Shown: piece by piece, positions 31,503 to 45,815 of the stretch
Layout of the letters: each line of letters begins with the position of its first letter
Position numbering within the stretch: the stretch's first letter is position 1
Assembly: GCA_951406725.2 (NCBI GenBank)
Contig: OX597822.1
Location: forward strand, 98,208,001-98,272,000
Reading direction: 5' to 3'
DNA from: Octopus vulgaris
Lineage: Eukaryota
Length of the DNA stretch: 64,000 nt
The notes under the pieces: generated by a model
What the model saw: the letters and a program-made list of their open reading frames with translations, nothing else
Databases searched by the model: none
Told to the model about the DNA's origin: nothing
Made by a program: the position numbers and the translations under genes

Positions 31503-32117
31503 CAGGGAAACGATGACACATGTCCAGCTTCCAACACCACAACTGAAGACCAAAGAGGTGCGATGGCCGCAAGAAAGGAAAGGCACCCTGGAATTGATGG
31601 GAAGCAGGAGGTAAAGGGTGACAGAATCAAGGCTAAAGGAAGCCCTGTCCAGAGAAAGCAGAGGGACCCCAGCAAAAACTGTAAGGGCAGGGAAAGAAAC
31701 ACCTGCAAATTCTACCTGAGGGGGGACTGCTGGTACGGCGTTGAAGGTGCAAACTGTCGCTTTGCACATCGGAGGCCCTACCAAAACCGCACGGACGCGA
31801 GACAGAGGTCCCTCCCTCAGGGAGAACAAAAACAAAAAGTTAAAAGAAGGGAAAAAAGCGCACTGACCACTACTGAAAGACGGTATGCAGATGTGGTGCG
31901 CGGAAACCCAACAGGTGGCCAGCTTCACCCAGATGTGAGAAGGGCGGCAGCTGAACAGCAGTCTTTTTTGTGCATGGCACAAAAAATTGTTCAGCAGCTG
32001 ACCTGGCTACAAGCACAAAGCTGGAACTACCACCACATAAGGCCACCTCCAACAGATGCAGGATGGCCACCACAGACACCAACACCAACACACACACCAC
32101 AAAAATATTTCTACTGA
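31503..32117 (+). CDS. LINE family A ORF1 (partial), basic low-complexity region plus CCCH zinc finger
   Basis: [22 protein letters not shown] (C-x7-C-x8-C-x3-H, 31704-31769). RRYADVVR and AAAEQQSF are shared with family B. No stop back to the 5' junction. Confidence 0.8.
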   Translation, partial: QGNDDTCPASNTTTEDQRGAMAARKERHPGIDGKQEVKGDRIKAKGSPVQRKQRDPSKNCKGRERNTCKFYLRGDCWYGVEGANCRFAHRRPYQNRTDARQRSLPQGEQKQKVKRREKSALTTTERRYADVVRGNPTGGQLHPDVRRAAAEQQSFLCMAQKIVQQLTWLQAQSWNYHHIRPPPTDAGWPPQTPTPTHTPQKYFY

Positions 32118-35074
32118 ATGTAGGAGGGCTGCTGCGCGGAAACTGTAAAAAGAAAATTTCATTCCTGAGAGACCTTGTGACATGCAATCAAGCTATATGC
32201 ATGGCACTCACAGAAACGCATCTTGAACCCGATATAGGTGATGCAGAAATACACATGCCGCAATATGCAGTCATACGCACAGATAGAAAAGGGAGGAGCC
32301 ATGGTGGAGTTGCAATGTACATCCGAGATGACCTCACGCCCCAGGTCCTGCTGTCATATTCAAACTCAGTATGTGAAACTCAAATTGTACACATAAGACA
32401 ACTGAATATCGTCATATGCACTACATATCGCCCACCAGACGCCCCAAAACACTCAGGCATGTTTGAAGACTGCCTAACAAAAATAGGAGAAGTCCTCACC
32501 AACCTTGAACAGCACAACAGTGTATTCTTCATGGGTGACTTTAACCTCCCCAATGTGGAATGGCCTGGGGGGCAGATGCTCCCAGGGATGACACACCATC
32601 AGCAGGCACAGGTGGAGTCCCTGCTCCATCTCACAAATACCTCTTTCATGGAGCAAATAGTTCTGCAACCAACAAGGGCAGATAATATACTGGATCTCTG
32701 CTTTACAAACAATATGGATATTATCCATAATGTTAATGTGATGCCGACAATGATCTCGGATCACAACATAATAGAGCTGTCTATGTATGGAACAAAAGCC
32801 CCCGCAGACACACAGCCTATACGAAGCACCCACCATCTCTCCAACTTAAACTTTCATAAAGCCAACTGGAAGTCGATTGAGAAAGAGATCCTCAAACAGG
32901 ATTGGCCTGAATGTCTCTCCACACCGGACATAAACATGAAACACAAACACTTCATGTCCATAATACAAGCCATATGTGACAAATATGTCCCAATGTGCAG
33001 GGCCAGCACACACAAGAATAAAAACAGGATCCCTAGAGAAAGGAGGATTCTTATGAGACGACGGACAAGGATTGCAAACCGCCTGAGCAAGCACACCAAA
33101 AGTGGTGAGAAGTCTCGGCTCGAAAGAATGCTAATGGAAACTGAGAAAAGTCTACATCAGTCCCATGAAAAGGAGAGAGCAGATAAAGAAGCTTGGGTAA
33201 TAGAAAATATAAAATCAAACCCTAAAGCTTTCTTTAAGTTTGCCAAAGAGACAGCCACAGTGCACCAGAGAATAGGACCTCTCTTCCAAAAAGATGGCTC
33301 TCTCACAGGAAATCCCACGAGGATAAGTGAAATACTGAACGAACAGTTCCAAAGTGTGTTCACTACACCTCTAGGACACAGGCAAGTAAACAACCCAGAA
33401 GAATTCTTTGCCACTTTACCTGCGGCCAAAGAGACAAAAATTGAGTACATCAACATCGAAGATGATGATATCACACTAGCCATTGATGAGATTGACACAA
33501 ACTCAGCTGCTGGACCTGATGGATTCCCAGCGATCCTTCTCAAATCGTGCAAACGAGCCCTTGCAAAACCGCTACAGCTTCTTTTTCAGAGCTTTCTTGC
33601 AAGTGGTAAGCTCCCAGTCAAACTGAAAGAGGGGGTAATATGCCCTATCCATAAGGGAGGTAGCAGAGCAGATGCTAAAAATTATAGGCCTATCTCTCTG
33701 ACCTCACACATCAGCAAAGTCATGGAACGAATAGTCCGTAAGAAACTAATCATGTTCCTTGAAGAAAATGACTTACTGTCTGACACCCAGCATGGATTTC
33801 GACCAGGTAGAGGCTGCCTAACACAGCTCCTGCAACACTATGACTGGGTGTTGAAACAGCTACTAAATGGCTCAAATGTGGATGTAATATATCTTGACTT
33901 TGCAAAAGCCTTTGATAAAGTCGACCATGGTATGATCTGTCACAAACTGCGTGGTCTCGGCATAGGCGGGAAACTTGGAGAGTGGCTGCACAACTTCCTA
34001 AAAGACAGAAAACAGGCAGTTGTGAGCAATGGAGCCACCTCCAGGGAAACGCAAATAACAAGCGGTGTCCCACAGGGCACTGTCTTGGGGCCACTGATGT
34101 TCATAGTGGCCCTTTCAGACATGCCTTCAGTTGCTACGATGACCACCCTTGCTAGCTATGCAGATGACACAAAAGTCTCCCACGCAATACAAAACCCTGA
34201 AAATATTGCGCATCTGCAACATGAGCTGGACACAATATACAGGTGGGCTGAGGACAACAACATGCAGTTTAATGCAGGTAAGTTCCAGGCCCTGCGCTAC
34301 TGGCACACAAAGGTAAATGACGTGAAGACTGGATACACTGGCCCAGGAAGAATTGCAATCCCTGAGTCAAAATCAGTGCGTGACCTGGGCATTGACATGA
34401 GCAATGATGCATCTTTCCAAATGCATATTGCTAATCTGGTGATAAAATGCAGACGGCTAGCTGGATGGATTCTCCGAACTTTCAGAACAAGAGAGAAGGA
34501 GACACTGATGGTCCTATGGAAAACATTTGTCCTCAGCCGCTTGGACTACTGCTCCCAACTTTGGTCACCACACAATATAAAACAAACAGCAGAACTCGAA
34601 GCAACTCAGAGAAGCTACACAAAGAAAATCGTCTCAATGCAAAATGTCAGCTACTGGGAAAGACTGAAGGTATTAAACCTCTTCTCCCTGGAGCGGAGGC
34701 GGGAGAGATATGCAGTGATATACATCTGGAAAATCCTGGAGGGTCTCGTCCCAAACTTTGGCATTCAAAGTTACTCCAACCGCAGAACGGGGCGCCGCTG
34801 CGTGGTGCCAAGGATTCCAACATCACCATCAAAATACAGGTCCAGATACTGCAACAGCTTGGGTTTCAGAGGACCACAGCTCTTTAACATCCTCCCTAAA
34901 TGCCTGAGAGACTTACATGGTGTGGATGTGGGTTTCTTTAAAACTAAACTGGATCTCTTCTTGTTGGGAGTCCCAGATGAACCTACCTCACGACAGGAGA
35001 CACGGATGCGGGCAGCAGCATCGAACTCCCTTGTTGATCAAGTGCCACGTATCAGAGGTGGATTCACAAACTAG
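32063..35074 (+). CDS. LINE family A ORF2: APE endonuclease + reverse transcriptase, intact (1003 aa from the ATG; frame open from 31955)
   Basis: EN motifs [34 protein letters not shown] motifs [38 protein letters not shown]1-like C-terminus [10 protein letters not shown]...GPQLFNILP. Confidence 0.96.
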   Translation: MATTDTNTNTHTTKIFLLNVGGLLRGNCKKKISFLRDLVTCNQAICMALTETHLEPDIGDAEIHMPQYAVIRTDRKGRSHGGVAMYIRDDLTPQVLLSYSNSVCETQIVHIRQLNIVICTTYRPPDAPKHSGMFEDCLTKIGEVLTNLEQHNSVFFMGDFNLPNVEWPGGQMLPGMTHHQQAQVESLLHLTNTSFMEQIVLQPTRADNILDLCFTNNMDIIHNVNVMPTMISDHNIIELSMYGTKAPADTQPIRSTHHLSNLNFHKANWKSIEKEILKQDWPECLSTPDINMKHKHFMSIIQAICDKYVPMCRASTHKNKNRIPRERRILMRRRTRIANRLSKHTKSGEKSRLERMLMETEKSLHQSHEKERADKEAWVIENIKSNPKAFFKFAKETATVHQRIGPLFQKDGSLTGNPTRISEILNEQFQSVFTTPLGHRQVNNPEEFFATLPAAKETKIEYINIEDDDITLAIDEIDTNSAAGPDGFPAILLKSCKRALAKPLQLLFQSFLASGKLPVKLKEGVICPIHKGGSRADAKNYRPISLTSHISKVMERIVRKKLIMFLEENDLLSDTQHGFRPGRGCLTQLLQHYDWVLKQLLNGSNVDVIYLDFAKAFDKVDHGMICHKLRGLGIGGKLGEWLHNFLKDRKQAVVSNGATSRETQITSGVPQGTVLGPLMFIVALSDMPSVATMTTLASYADDTKVSHAIQNPENIAHLQHELDTIYRWAEDNNMQFNAGKFQALRYWHTKVNDVKTGYTGPGRIAIPESKSVRDLGIDMSNDASFQMHIANLVIKCRRLAGWILRTFRTREKETLMVLWKTFVLSRLDYCSQLWSPHNIKQTAELEATQRSYTKKIVSMQNVSYWERLKVLNLFSLERRRERYAVIYIWKILEGLVPNFGIQSYSNRRTGRRCVVPRIPTSPSKYRSRYCNSLGFRGPQLFNILPKCLRDLHGVDVGFFKTKLDLFLLGVPDEPTSRQETRMRAAASNSLVDQVPRIRGGFTN

Positions 35075-35150
35075 TGTAGCTCATTCAGCGGTGGTGCCCC
35101 AGCATGGCCGCGGCCTTCGGGCTAAAACATTTTTAAGGATTTAAGGATTT

Positions 35151-37872
<2,722 letters not shown>

Positions 37873-37880
37873 CGACACAC

Positions 37881-38030
37881 AGGACGGGTTTCTTTTAGTT
37901 TCCGTCTACCAAATCCACTCATAAGGGTTTACTCTGCTCGAGGCTATATATATAGTAGAAGACGCTTGCCCCTGTTGCCACGCAAGGGGACTGAACTCGT
38001 AGCCTTGTGGTTGGGAACCTTGCTTTTTGC
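37881..38030 (-). mobile_element. SINE family 1, 5' half only, emerging from the giant microsatellite
   Basis: GACGGGTTTCTTTTAGTTTCCGTCTACCAAATCCACTCA...GAAGACGCTTGCCC...GGGACTGAACTCG...TGTGGTTG matches 2468-2590. Confidence 0.85.
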
Positions 38031-38289
38031 CAAAAGTTTTCTCACTCTGGTTCCCCTAAATTCTCGAGTTTCTGAAGTTGAGCTATATTTGAGAGTGGCA
38101 TTTTAGTCGATATTAGATTGCTCATAGACAAAACAAACCCTAGCTCAATTTCACTGACAATGTGGCGGTATGAAACTAAAATACTATCAAGCATTAAAAC
38201 TGCCGTATCCATCCGCCAATACTCCGTCAGAATTCATTCGTTGCTTTTGTAGCAGCTGCTTCGTTTATGGTATTATCGTTAGTATTATT

Positions 38290-38715
38290 AAAGTGGGAAG
38301 CTGGCAGTATCGTTAGGGCGGTGAATAAAACGATTAGCAGCATTTCGTCCATCTTTACATTGTGAGTTCATATTCTACCGAGGTCGACTTTAGCTTTTAT
38401 CCCTTCGGCAGTGATGAAATAAGTACCAGTCATGCGCTGGGGTCGATGTAGTCGACTAGCTCCATCCCTTCAAAGTTCCAGGCTTTGCACCTGTTGTAGA
38501 AAGGATTATTATTAAAAGCGGCGAGCTGGCAGAATCGTTAGCACAATGGACGAAATGTTTAACGGTGTTTCTTGGTTCAAATTCCGCCGAGTTCGACTTT
38601 GCCTTTCATCAATTCAAGGTTGATAAATTAAGTACCAGTGAAACACTGGGGTCGTTGTAATCGATTGCCTCCCCCCCCCACAAATCAAGGCCTTGTGCTT
38701 ATAAGAGAATGGATT
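38290..38715 (+). mobile_element. Two tandem older SINE family 3 copies
   Basis: GCTGGCAG..TCGTTAG head plus core at 38300-38500 and 38518-38710. Confidence 0.8.
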
Positions 38716-38889
38716 ATTATTATTATCATTATTATTATTATTATTAATATTAACATAGAATACTCAAAACATAAAAATTTAGCACAAAGGAAAGTGGTTG
38801 AAGACTGGTCTAGATATATTACGGCGCTATCTAGTAACAATGTGTGACGCATTATGCAGTAATTAACACTACCCGATGCAGCATAGAAA

Positions 38890-39192
38890 TCTTTATATAT
38901 AAAAGTGAAGTTGTGTGAGTGTCTGTCTCCTACGATTTAGATTCCTAACTACTCCCACACTTTGCGGTGCAGTTTAACCAAAAGCGGGTATGTTATAGTC
39001 GAGATTCATATCGAGCTCTTCTGGGTATTAGCGCGCGTCTACCATGAGTTTACGATTTTACGAAAAATTTACCATCATTTTTTCCCATTTTTAATGTATT
39101 TTTTTGCTATTATATAAGGGAAGTAACTCTCTAAAAATGCTTATATAGTTATTTCCCTTACAAAACCGAGCAACGCCGGGCGATACTGCTAG
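38890..39192 (+). mobile_element. Non-autonomous Helitron, same family (short form)
   Basis: A|TCTTTATATATAAAAG ... CCGAGCAACGCCGGGCGATACTGCTAG|T. Confidence 0.87.
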
Positions 39193-39555
39193 TATAGTAA
39201 TATTATACTAACTTCATGTCATTTTTTTTTTGGATTTGCTGTATATCCGCTTGTATCTACAGTGAAATCAAACGTGTTAGACACGGTCAGTGTGTGGATT
39301 ATATTTCTTTTACCTTCATCTGTATTGAAATGCATCTCATTACATTAATATGTGCTAACAAGATTATTGCTGCTACTATTATTTTCGTAATTGTGCTTCT
39401 TTTTTAAAGTTAAACTAGAATTATTAGGGAGAAGCTGCTTTTTAGGATGGTGTTGGTCGTGTGGGTGAAATATAGTGTGAGGTTTAGTGATCGTGTTAAG
39501 CGATCGTGTCGCTCACATTTCCAGGTTTCTTTTTATTCTATGATAATTTCGTTTT

Positions 39556-39926
39556 GTGGTTAGGGCAGCGGACTCGCGGTCATAGGATCGCGGTTTCGAT
39601 TCCCAGACCGGGCGTTGTGAGTGTTTATTGAGCGAAAACACCTAAAGCTCCACGAGGCTCCGGCAGGAGATGGTGGTGATCCCTGCTGTACTCTTTCACC
39701 ACAACTTTCTCTCACTCTTACTTCCTGTTTCTGTTGTACCTGTATTTCAAAGGGCCGGCCTTGTCACACTCTGTGTCACGTTGAATCTCCTCGAGAACTA
39801 CGTTAAGGGTACACGTGTCTGTGGAGTGCTCAGCCACTTACACGTTAATTTCACGAGCAGGCTGTTCCGTTGATTCGGATCAACCGGAACCCTCGTCGTC
39901 GTAACCGACGGAGTGCTTCCGAAAAA
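39556..39926 (+). mobile_element. SINE family 2 copy, 11-bp TSD
   Basis: Colinear with 5259-5620; TSD AATTTCGTTTT at 39545-39555 and 39927-39937. Confidence 0.92.
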
Positions 39927-40481
39927 AATTTCGTTTTCGCAACTGATCTATGTTTGTGATCATTACGTATACGGTCTGTGAAGTTGGAAAGAATGCTATT
40001 TGTGTGTTTTTGTTTGGTTATTGTGGTTTATTATGGAAAAAAATAGCGTACCAGTCGGAAGCAACAGCATTCGTGAAGTTTATTGTATGTATACTAATAT
40101 TAATGGCCTTTCGTACTAAATGTGATGGTATTCAGAGTTAATTCTGGTGCTGGTTATTTAGTTGACCATGCAAATGAATCGTCAAACGACGGAGATCCGT
40201 TATTAAAAAAATGTTATCGAGTCATGTGCAATTTAACAATAGGCAAATGGCATCTGCACAACCCCACTTAATGCTAAACTTGGCAGTCAAATTTTACCCC
40301 CAATAACATTTTGATATCGTAAAATAGAAAACATAAAAAAAATGACCATAACTCTAATATATTTGGAACGTCTTCGATTATTATTGACAATGGGTTCTGG
40401 CCTGAAAATAAATATAAAACGCAAGCCCGAGAAAAGTATTAAAAAAATATATAGTACTGATCCATTGAAAGAGTGACTTAC

Positions 40482-40891
40482 CTCTCGACACTAATTGATG
40501 TCAAGTTCAAAATGGAGGCAACTGCTGACAGCATATCCACAAAGGATGCTAATTTGCAAACTGGTGCTCCACCCTCTGCGTGCGGTCTGAAATAACGTAC
40601 CAGTTCATAAGGTGTGCACACCAGTATAAACATCAAATCAGCAACGGCAAGGCTAACCATGAATAAAGATGTTACACTACGTGGCTTGCGATCGCCACAC
40701 ACGGCAAAAATCACCAACGAGTTTCCCAGTAATCCGAGTAAAAATGTTAAACTGTAAACTGTGACTGTTAAACAGAAGTAAGATTCTTGCACTCCAGGAA
40801 GTCTCAATTTCTCGAGGTCGGGGTAGAAATAAAGATCATAACTGTAATCACCTTGGTAAATGTCCGAATTTTCACCTGCTGTCAAATTCAT
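40482..40891 (-). CDS. First coding exon of a class A (rhodopsin-like) neuropeptide-type GPCR, N-terminus to TM3
   Basis: TM1 VYSLTFLLGLLGNSLVIFAV (GN motif), TM2 LAVADLMFILVCTP (LAxAD), TM3 CKLASFVDMLSAVASILNLTSISVER. Phase-2 donor AG|GTAAGT splits the ERY motif at 40482/40481. Candidate acceptor TATTTTCAG precedes 40968, giving a short 5' UTR. N-terminal NLT glycosylation sequon. Confidence 0.92.
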
Positions 40892-41983
40892 TTTCAGTTT
40901 TGATAATGAAACTTCTGTTTTCTGCTTTCCTCGTTTTATTATGAAGTTTTATAGAATTTCAGTGGAATCTGAAAATATAGCAACGTTAATAAAAGTCATT
41001 CTTCTGTAGTGAATATTTGCTGTTGCTCTGGTTCTCAGGCTCTACTGTAATCTCATCTTTTGTTTTAATTCCAGAGGGGGTGCTGAAACGTTCTTGGCTT
41101 TGAGGGTGTCGTAAAAGACCTGGTTGAAGGCCCAACCACCCAAGTTCTTTTACAGGGCTTATAAAACTGAAGTACTGCTGCAATAATTGTGTAAGTCTGT
41201 GAGAGGAATATGTTGAATAGAATCATAATTAACTGATCCTTTTTACTCAAAGCCAACAACTTTTCAGCACCCCTCGTAAAATGAAATCCTATTAATGATG
41301 ATCTATTTAATATAGGGGAAGAAATATATAATTAGGAAGCATATGTATAAAAAAAAACCCACTTATAATTCTAAGTTATTATTAATACATGTACATTGTT
41401 TTTAGAACCATATTATATAAATATTTTGTGATTGAAATATTGGTGTTCAAGAAAGATAGAAATAAGAACAAAGTAACACATTTGCAATATAATAATCAGT
41501 TAATAAAAATAAATACATATATATTCTACATAAGTATATATTTTAAATATTCGATGTTTTATAAATCCTTCTAAACCAGAAGTAGTGCACAATCCACCAT
41601 AATCCATTTTAATAGACATCTCAAAAGCATATAGACAGCATAATGTTTGAAAGAGCAATTTTTGGAAACGAAATAATGGTTTTGTGCAGAATATATTAGC
41701 AAGTTTGAAGCACCAAATAGTGTTCGCATAGATTAAAAAGACATATAAGGGTGTCTGCTCACATTTGATATGTCTGTGCAATTATATTATAAGGACAATG
41801 CAAGTCCTAGAACGCGATGCTCAACTATTCATACCATATAGTTTGATCTACAGCTGGTAGATAAATCCGGTGTCGATGTTTACTAGAAATATTGGCCTGA
41901 CGCCTGTGTTGGTGTTAGTGGCGGCCACCCCTGTATCTGTCAACTGTGATGGTCTCATGTGGTGGTTGGTGTGGTTCCAAGCC

Positions 41984-42345
41984 TTTTCTACTCTAGGCAC
42001 AAGGCCCAAAAGTTTTGGAGAGGGGGGCAGTCGATTAGCTCGACCCCAGTACCCAACTGGTACTTAATTTATCGACACCGAAAGGATGAAAGGCAAAGTC
42101 GACCGCGGTGAAATTTGAACTCAGAACGTAAAGACAGACGAAATACCTATTTCCTACGACCCACAAGGGGTTAAACACAGAGAGGACAAACAAGGACAGA
42201 CAAACGGATTAAGTCGATTATATCGACCCCAGTGCGTAACTGGTACTTAATTTATCGACCCTGAAAGTATGAAAGGCAAAGTCGACCTCGGCGGAATTTG
42301 AACTCAGAACGTACGGCAGACGAAATACGACTACGCAGTAGCTCG
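41984..42345 (-). mobile_element. Two nested or tandem SINE family 3 copies
   Basis: Core reverse complement occurs twice (42040-42145 and 42220-42340). Confidence 0.85.
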
Positions 42346-42384
42346 CAACCTTGTGTGGTTCCAAGCCTTTGCTTGCCGTAGATA

Positions 42385-43275
42385 CGTCAGCTACTACATG
42401 TACAAAAGAATGTTTTTGTTCTCCTGCTACTATTTTCACATTTAGGCGAAACTAGCAGTTTGCAGTAACACGAACTATGCTTGCATATCGTCTTTGAAGA
42501 GCAGACAATGTGCAACTTCTTTTTTGTTCTCGTCCTGGAAAAAAAGTCCTGATTTAGATCCATGCAGTTTTGGCAGCACTTGTTATATGCAAAATGATAG
42601 TTTGTACCATCTTCTCCATGCCAGTAGTTTCCTCGCCGGTAAAATCTGCGTATATATCTCCTTTTGTACCTGATATCTCTTTTGCCTACGTTGAAGATTT
42701 TCGGTTTTACTCCAAAGTTTCTTCTTTCCTCTTGGAGGTTTCACTGGGACACCCACATTTGGGTAAGCTGTCATGGTTTATGTTGGTGGATATTGTTTTT
42801 GTTTTTTGTCTTTTTTTTTTTTACCTTTTTCTCGCATTTCGTTGTTGCTAGAAGCTTTTGTCTTGTCAATGATTTCATTTTTGTTTCCTTCCTTTTTCAG
42901 CTCTCTCACCTCTTTGGCTGTCTACAGTGGTGAGGCAGGGCCAGTATCATCAGTGTTTCCTTCACCAGCAGGTCTCAACCGTTGCTTACCTTTCTTCTTT
43001 TGAGTATCTGCTGGGCCTGGATGTCTTTTCCATTTCACTTTCTGTACCCTTCTTGCCATCCTTCGTGCAATAGTCTCCCAGATTGACATCCAGGAAAACG
43101 GAGGAGTTTGTGTTTCTTACGCTGTATCTGGATCATAGTTCTGGTGAAACCATTAGTTTTTGGTGCTGCCACGATTGCATTATTAGGAGGATCTTCGTCT
43201 GATATTCTTCAGACACGCAGACACAATTGCAGTTTTTTGATACTCCAGTTTCATGACATCTTTGCTGCCTATACG
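42385..43275 (-). pseudogene. Old, degenerate ORF1 fragment of the same CCCH-CR1 LINE lineage
   Basis: Minus strand reads GNTDDTGPAS (A: GNDDTCPAS), IRRFYRRGNYWHGEDGTNYHFAY (decayed CCCH), RRYASIVR (A/B: RRYADVVR) and KDGKKG (B: KDGKNG). Confidence 0.75.
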
Positions 43276-43289
43276 TAGAGAGGAAGGTG

Positions 43290-43290
43290 C

Positions 43291-43386
<96 letters not shown>

Positions 43387-43392
43387 AGAGAG

Positions 43393-43437
<45 letters not shown>
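43290..43437 (+). repeat. (AG)n microsatellite
   Basis: Direct reading. Confidence 0.97.
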
Positions 43438-43441
<4 letters not shown>

Positions 43442-43936
43442 GACGAGATAGAGAGAAAGTGGGAGTTGTATATGGATAAATATGTGTGTGCGTTCGTATC
43501 TGCACAAACGTTAACTTATACGAAGAGCGATATAGACAAAAAGAATCTCACTCGGAAGATCTATATATATGTTCGTACGTACATATGCAAGCGCGTAGAT
43601 ATGTCTACAGCTATATACTTTTAAAGGTATACTCTGTGTGAGCAAACAAATATATATATGCGGGCGCGCACACACACACACACAGATGGAGAGAGAGGGG
43701 GGCCCAGAGAAGAGAACCAGAGTGTGAGAGGGAAATGATTGTGCGAAGGTGAACCTAGACCGAAAGGTATCTCTGACGGAAAACTAAAAATAAAGGGAAA
43801 TAAATAAATAAATAAAGATAGCATAACTTTTGAAGTTATGGTCCCAATTTGATCTATGGTTATCAATGATTTATGATTTATGATTGTAGATTTGGTTTCT
43901 AGAAAGACTCTGTAGACGTAAAGAAAACGATTTAAG

Positions 43937-44352
43937 GGATCTTTTCGGTTTGAACGGCAGTTTTTGCTAGCGGTGTCATATGAAATTGTCACCCATAATT
44001 ATGACCCTAGTATCGATCTTTTGCATTTCAATCTGTTTTAGGGTTAGGGTTAGGGTTGGGGGAAGGGTACCTTTTTTTCTTCATAAATGTAAATAAATCC
44101 AATCTGTTTCTTAAACGAGGGACATATTCATACGGCACAGAATGTTTTTTACCTCAATAGACGTCAGTGATTGGTTGAAATTGCAGAAATTGAAGAAAAA
44201 AACCGACAAATATCTTACAAACTATAGAATTTTCTCAATAAAGCCAAGAGAAAAAGATGTTTTATAAACACATTCTACCAGTATACGAAGTATAAAATTT
44301 TTTAGTTACCTAGAAATTATGTTAAAAACTGCCGTTCGAACCGAAAAGATCC
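43937..44352. mobile_element. MITE with about 29-bp GG-starting TIRs, 8-bp TSD and internal (TTAGGG)3; Merlin-like
   Basis: GGATCTTTTCGGTTTGAACGGCAGTTTTT ... AAAAACTGCCGTTCGAACCGAAAAGATCC; TSD GATTTAAG at 43929-43936 and 44353-44360. Confidence 0.88.
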
Positions 44353-44839
44353 GATTTAAGATCTACGTTTTCAATTCGTGAAATTACTGCGCTACGTCTG
44401 AAAATGCCTGAGAAAGAAGTAGTCTAATTGTATACAACAAAAGATATCATGTTTATTTATTGCTATATCTATCTCATACACAATGATGTCGAACAAGTAA
44501 ATATCTAAAACTAAGTCTACCGTAAGATTTCGCCATCTACTAACTTCCAATAATTAATGAAGCAAGAATTGCACACATATGTTTGTTACAGTTAATAATA
44601 TAAGAAGTCAAAGGCTACCAAGTAACTGGAAGCTAAAATTTTGTTTGATAAGTCCGTAAACACGTGAGATTGACGGAAACTTTAAATATATAAGTTAAAA
44701 CTCAAATTTTTCGAAGAAGATTCTTTTGTGCAATATATTATATTTTATAATACATAGTAGAGACTATTCAATCTTTGATTATTTCGATGTATTTCCCGTT
44801 TTTTTAGAGATTTCTAGGAGGCACGTGCTGATAGCAAGA

Positions 44840-45440
44840 CATTATATACGTATATGCACATACATGCATATATACATGCATACATAGATATATACACATG
44901 CATACATGCGCATATACACATGCATACGTGCGTATATACACATGCACACATCGTGCGTATATACACATGCATGCATACATATATGCATACGTATATACAT
45001 ATGCACGCATACATACGTATATCCACAAACATGCATGCACACATACGTATATACACACATACATGCATGCAAACATAGGTATATACACATACTTGCATGC
45101 AATCATACGTATATACACATACTTGCATGCAATCATACGTATATACACATACATGCATGCATGCATACTTATATACACATACATGATACATCCCTGTATA
45201 TACATGCATACATCCATGTGTATATACACGCATCCATGTGTATATACACATAATCGATGTGCATATAAACTTGTATGTATATATCCATGTATATTTAGAC
45301 ATGCATACATCCATGTGTATATGCACATCCATACATCCATGCATATATGCACATCTATACATCCATGCGTATATGCACATTTATACATGATCCGTATCTA
45401 AATACGAGTACATGCATGCATGCATACATACATGTGCGTG
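44840..45440 (+). repeat. Degenerate purine-pyrimidine alternating (CATG/CATA/CGTA) tract
   Basis: Direct reading; includes a 30-bp duplication at 45080-45150. Confidence 0.85.
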
Positions 45441-45815
45441 TATATTATATGTTAATAGCGAAAACTTAATAGGAATAGACTCAAAGTATTAGAGGGGAGA
45501 AGGTATGATGTTACAAGTTCAACAGCTGTTTCTGGGGGGTCGGAGTTACTTCACAGTGATGACAGATATAGTTCAACAAAATTTGCTCGTAATAATGGAA
45601 GCAAAAGAAACTTGGGAAAACCAGGTTATGCGTCAAAATTTGAAGGCATTATTATTTGTATTATTTAAAATAGTTTCACTGAGCTCTATGCAACATTAAG
45701 TTTCGAAGGTTTCTAACAGAAACTTGACGCGTTCCGGCTCAGATAACAGAATCATGTGTGTGCGTGTGTGCGCGTGTGTACACATATTCAGATATAATTA
45801 TTTCTATGTATACAT

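Larger units (their letters stand above)
31503..35150 (+). mobile_element. CR1-clade LINE, family A, near full length (5'-truncated within ORF1), (TTTAAGGA)n tail
   Basis: ORF1 frame is open from the microsatellite junction to 32117; ORF2 is intact; short 3' UTR with GGTGGTGCCCCAGCATGGCC motif and stem-loop; tail TTTTAAGGATTTAAGGATTT; TA/CATA repeats on both sides. Confidence 0.95.

Noticed and set aside
31980-31988. A-run as a second slippery site
   Set aside because: In the ORF1 frame it reads CAA AAA ATT, which does not fit X_XXY_YYZ, and family B has AAG there.
43253-43624. RE-repeat protein ORF
   Set aside because: Translation of an (AG)n microsatellite.
44038-44062. Telomere or chromosome-fusion relic
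   Set aside because: Only three units, lying inside a TIR/TSD-bounded MITE.
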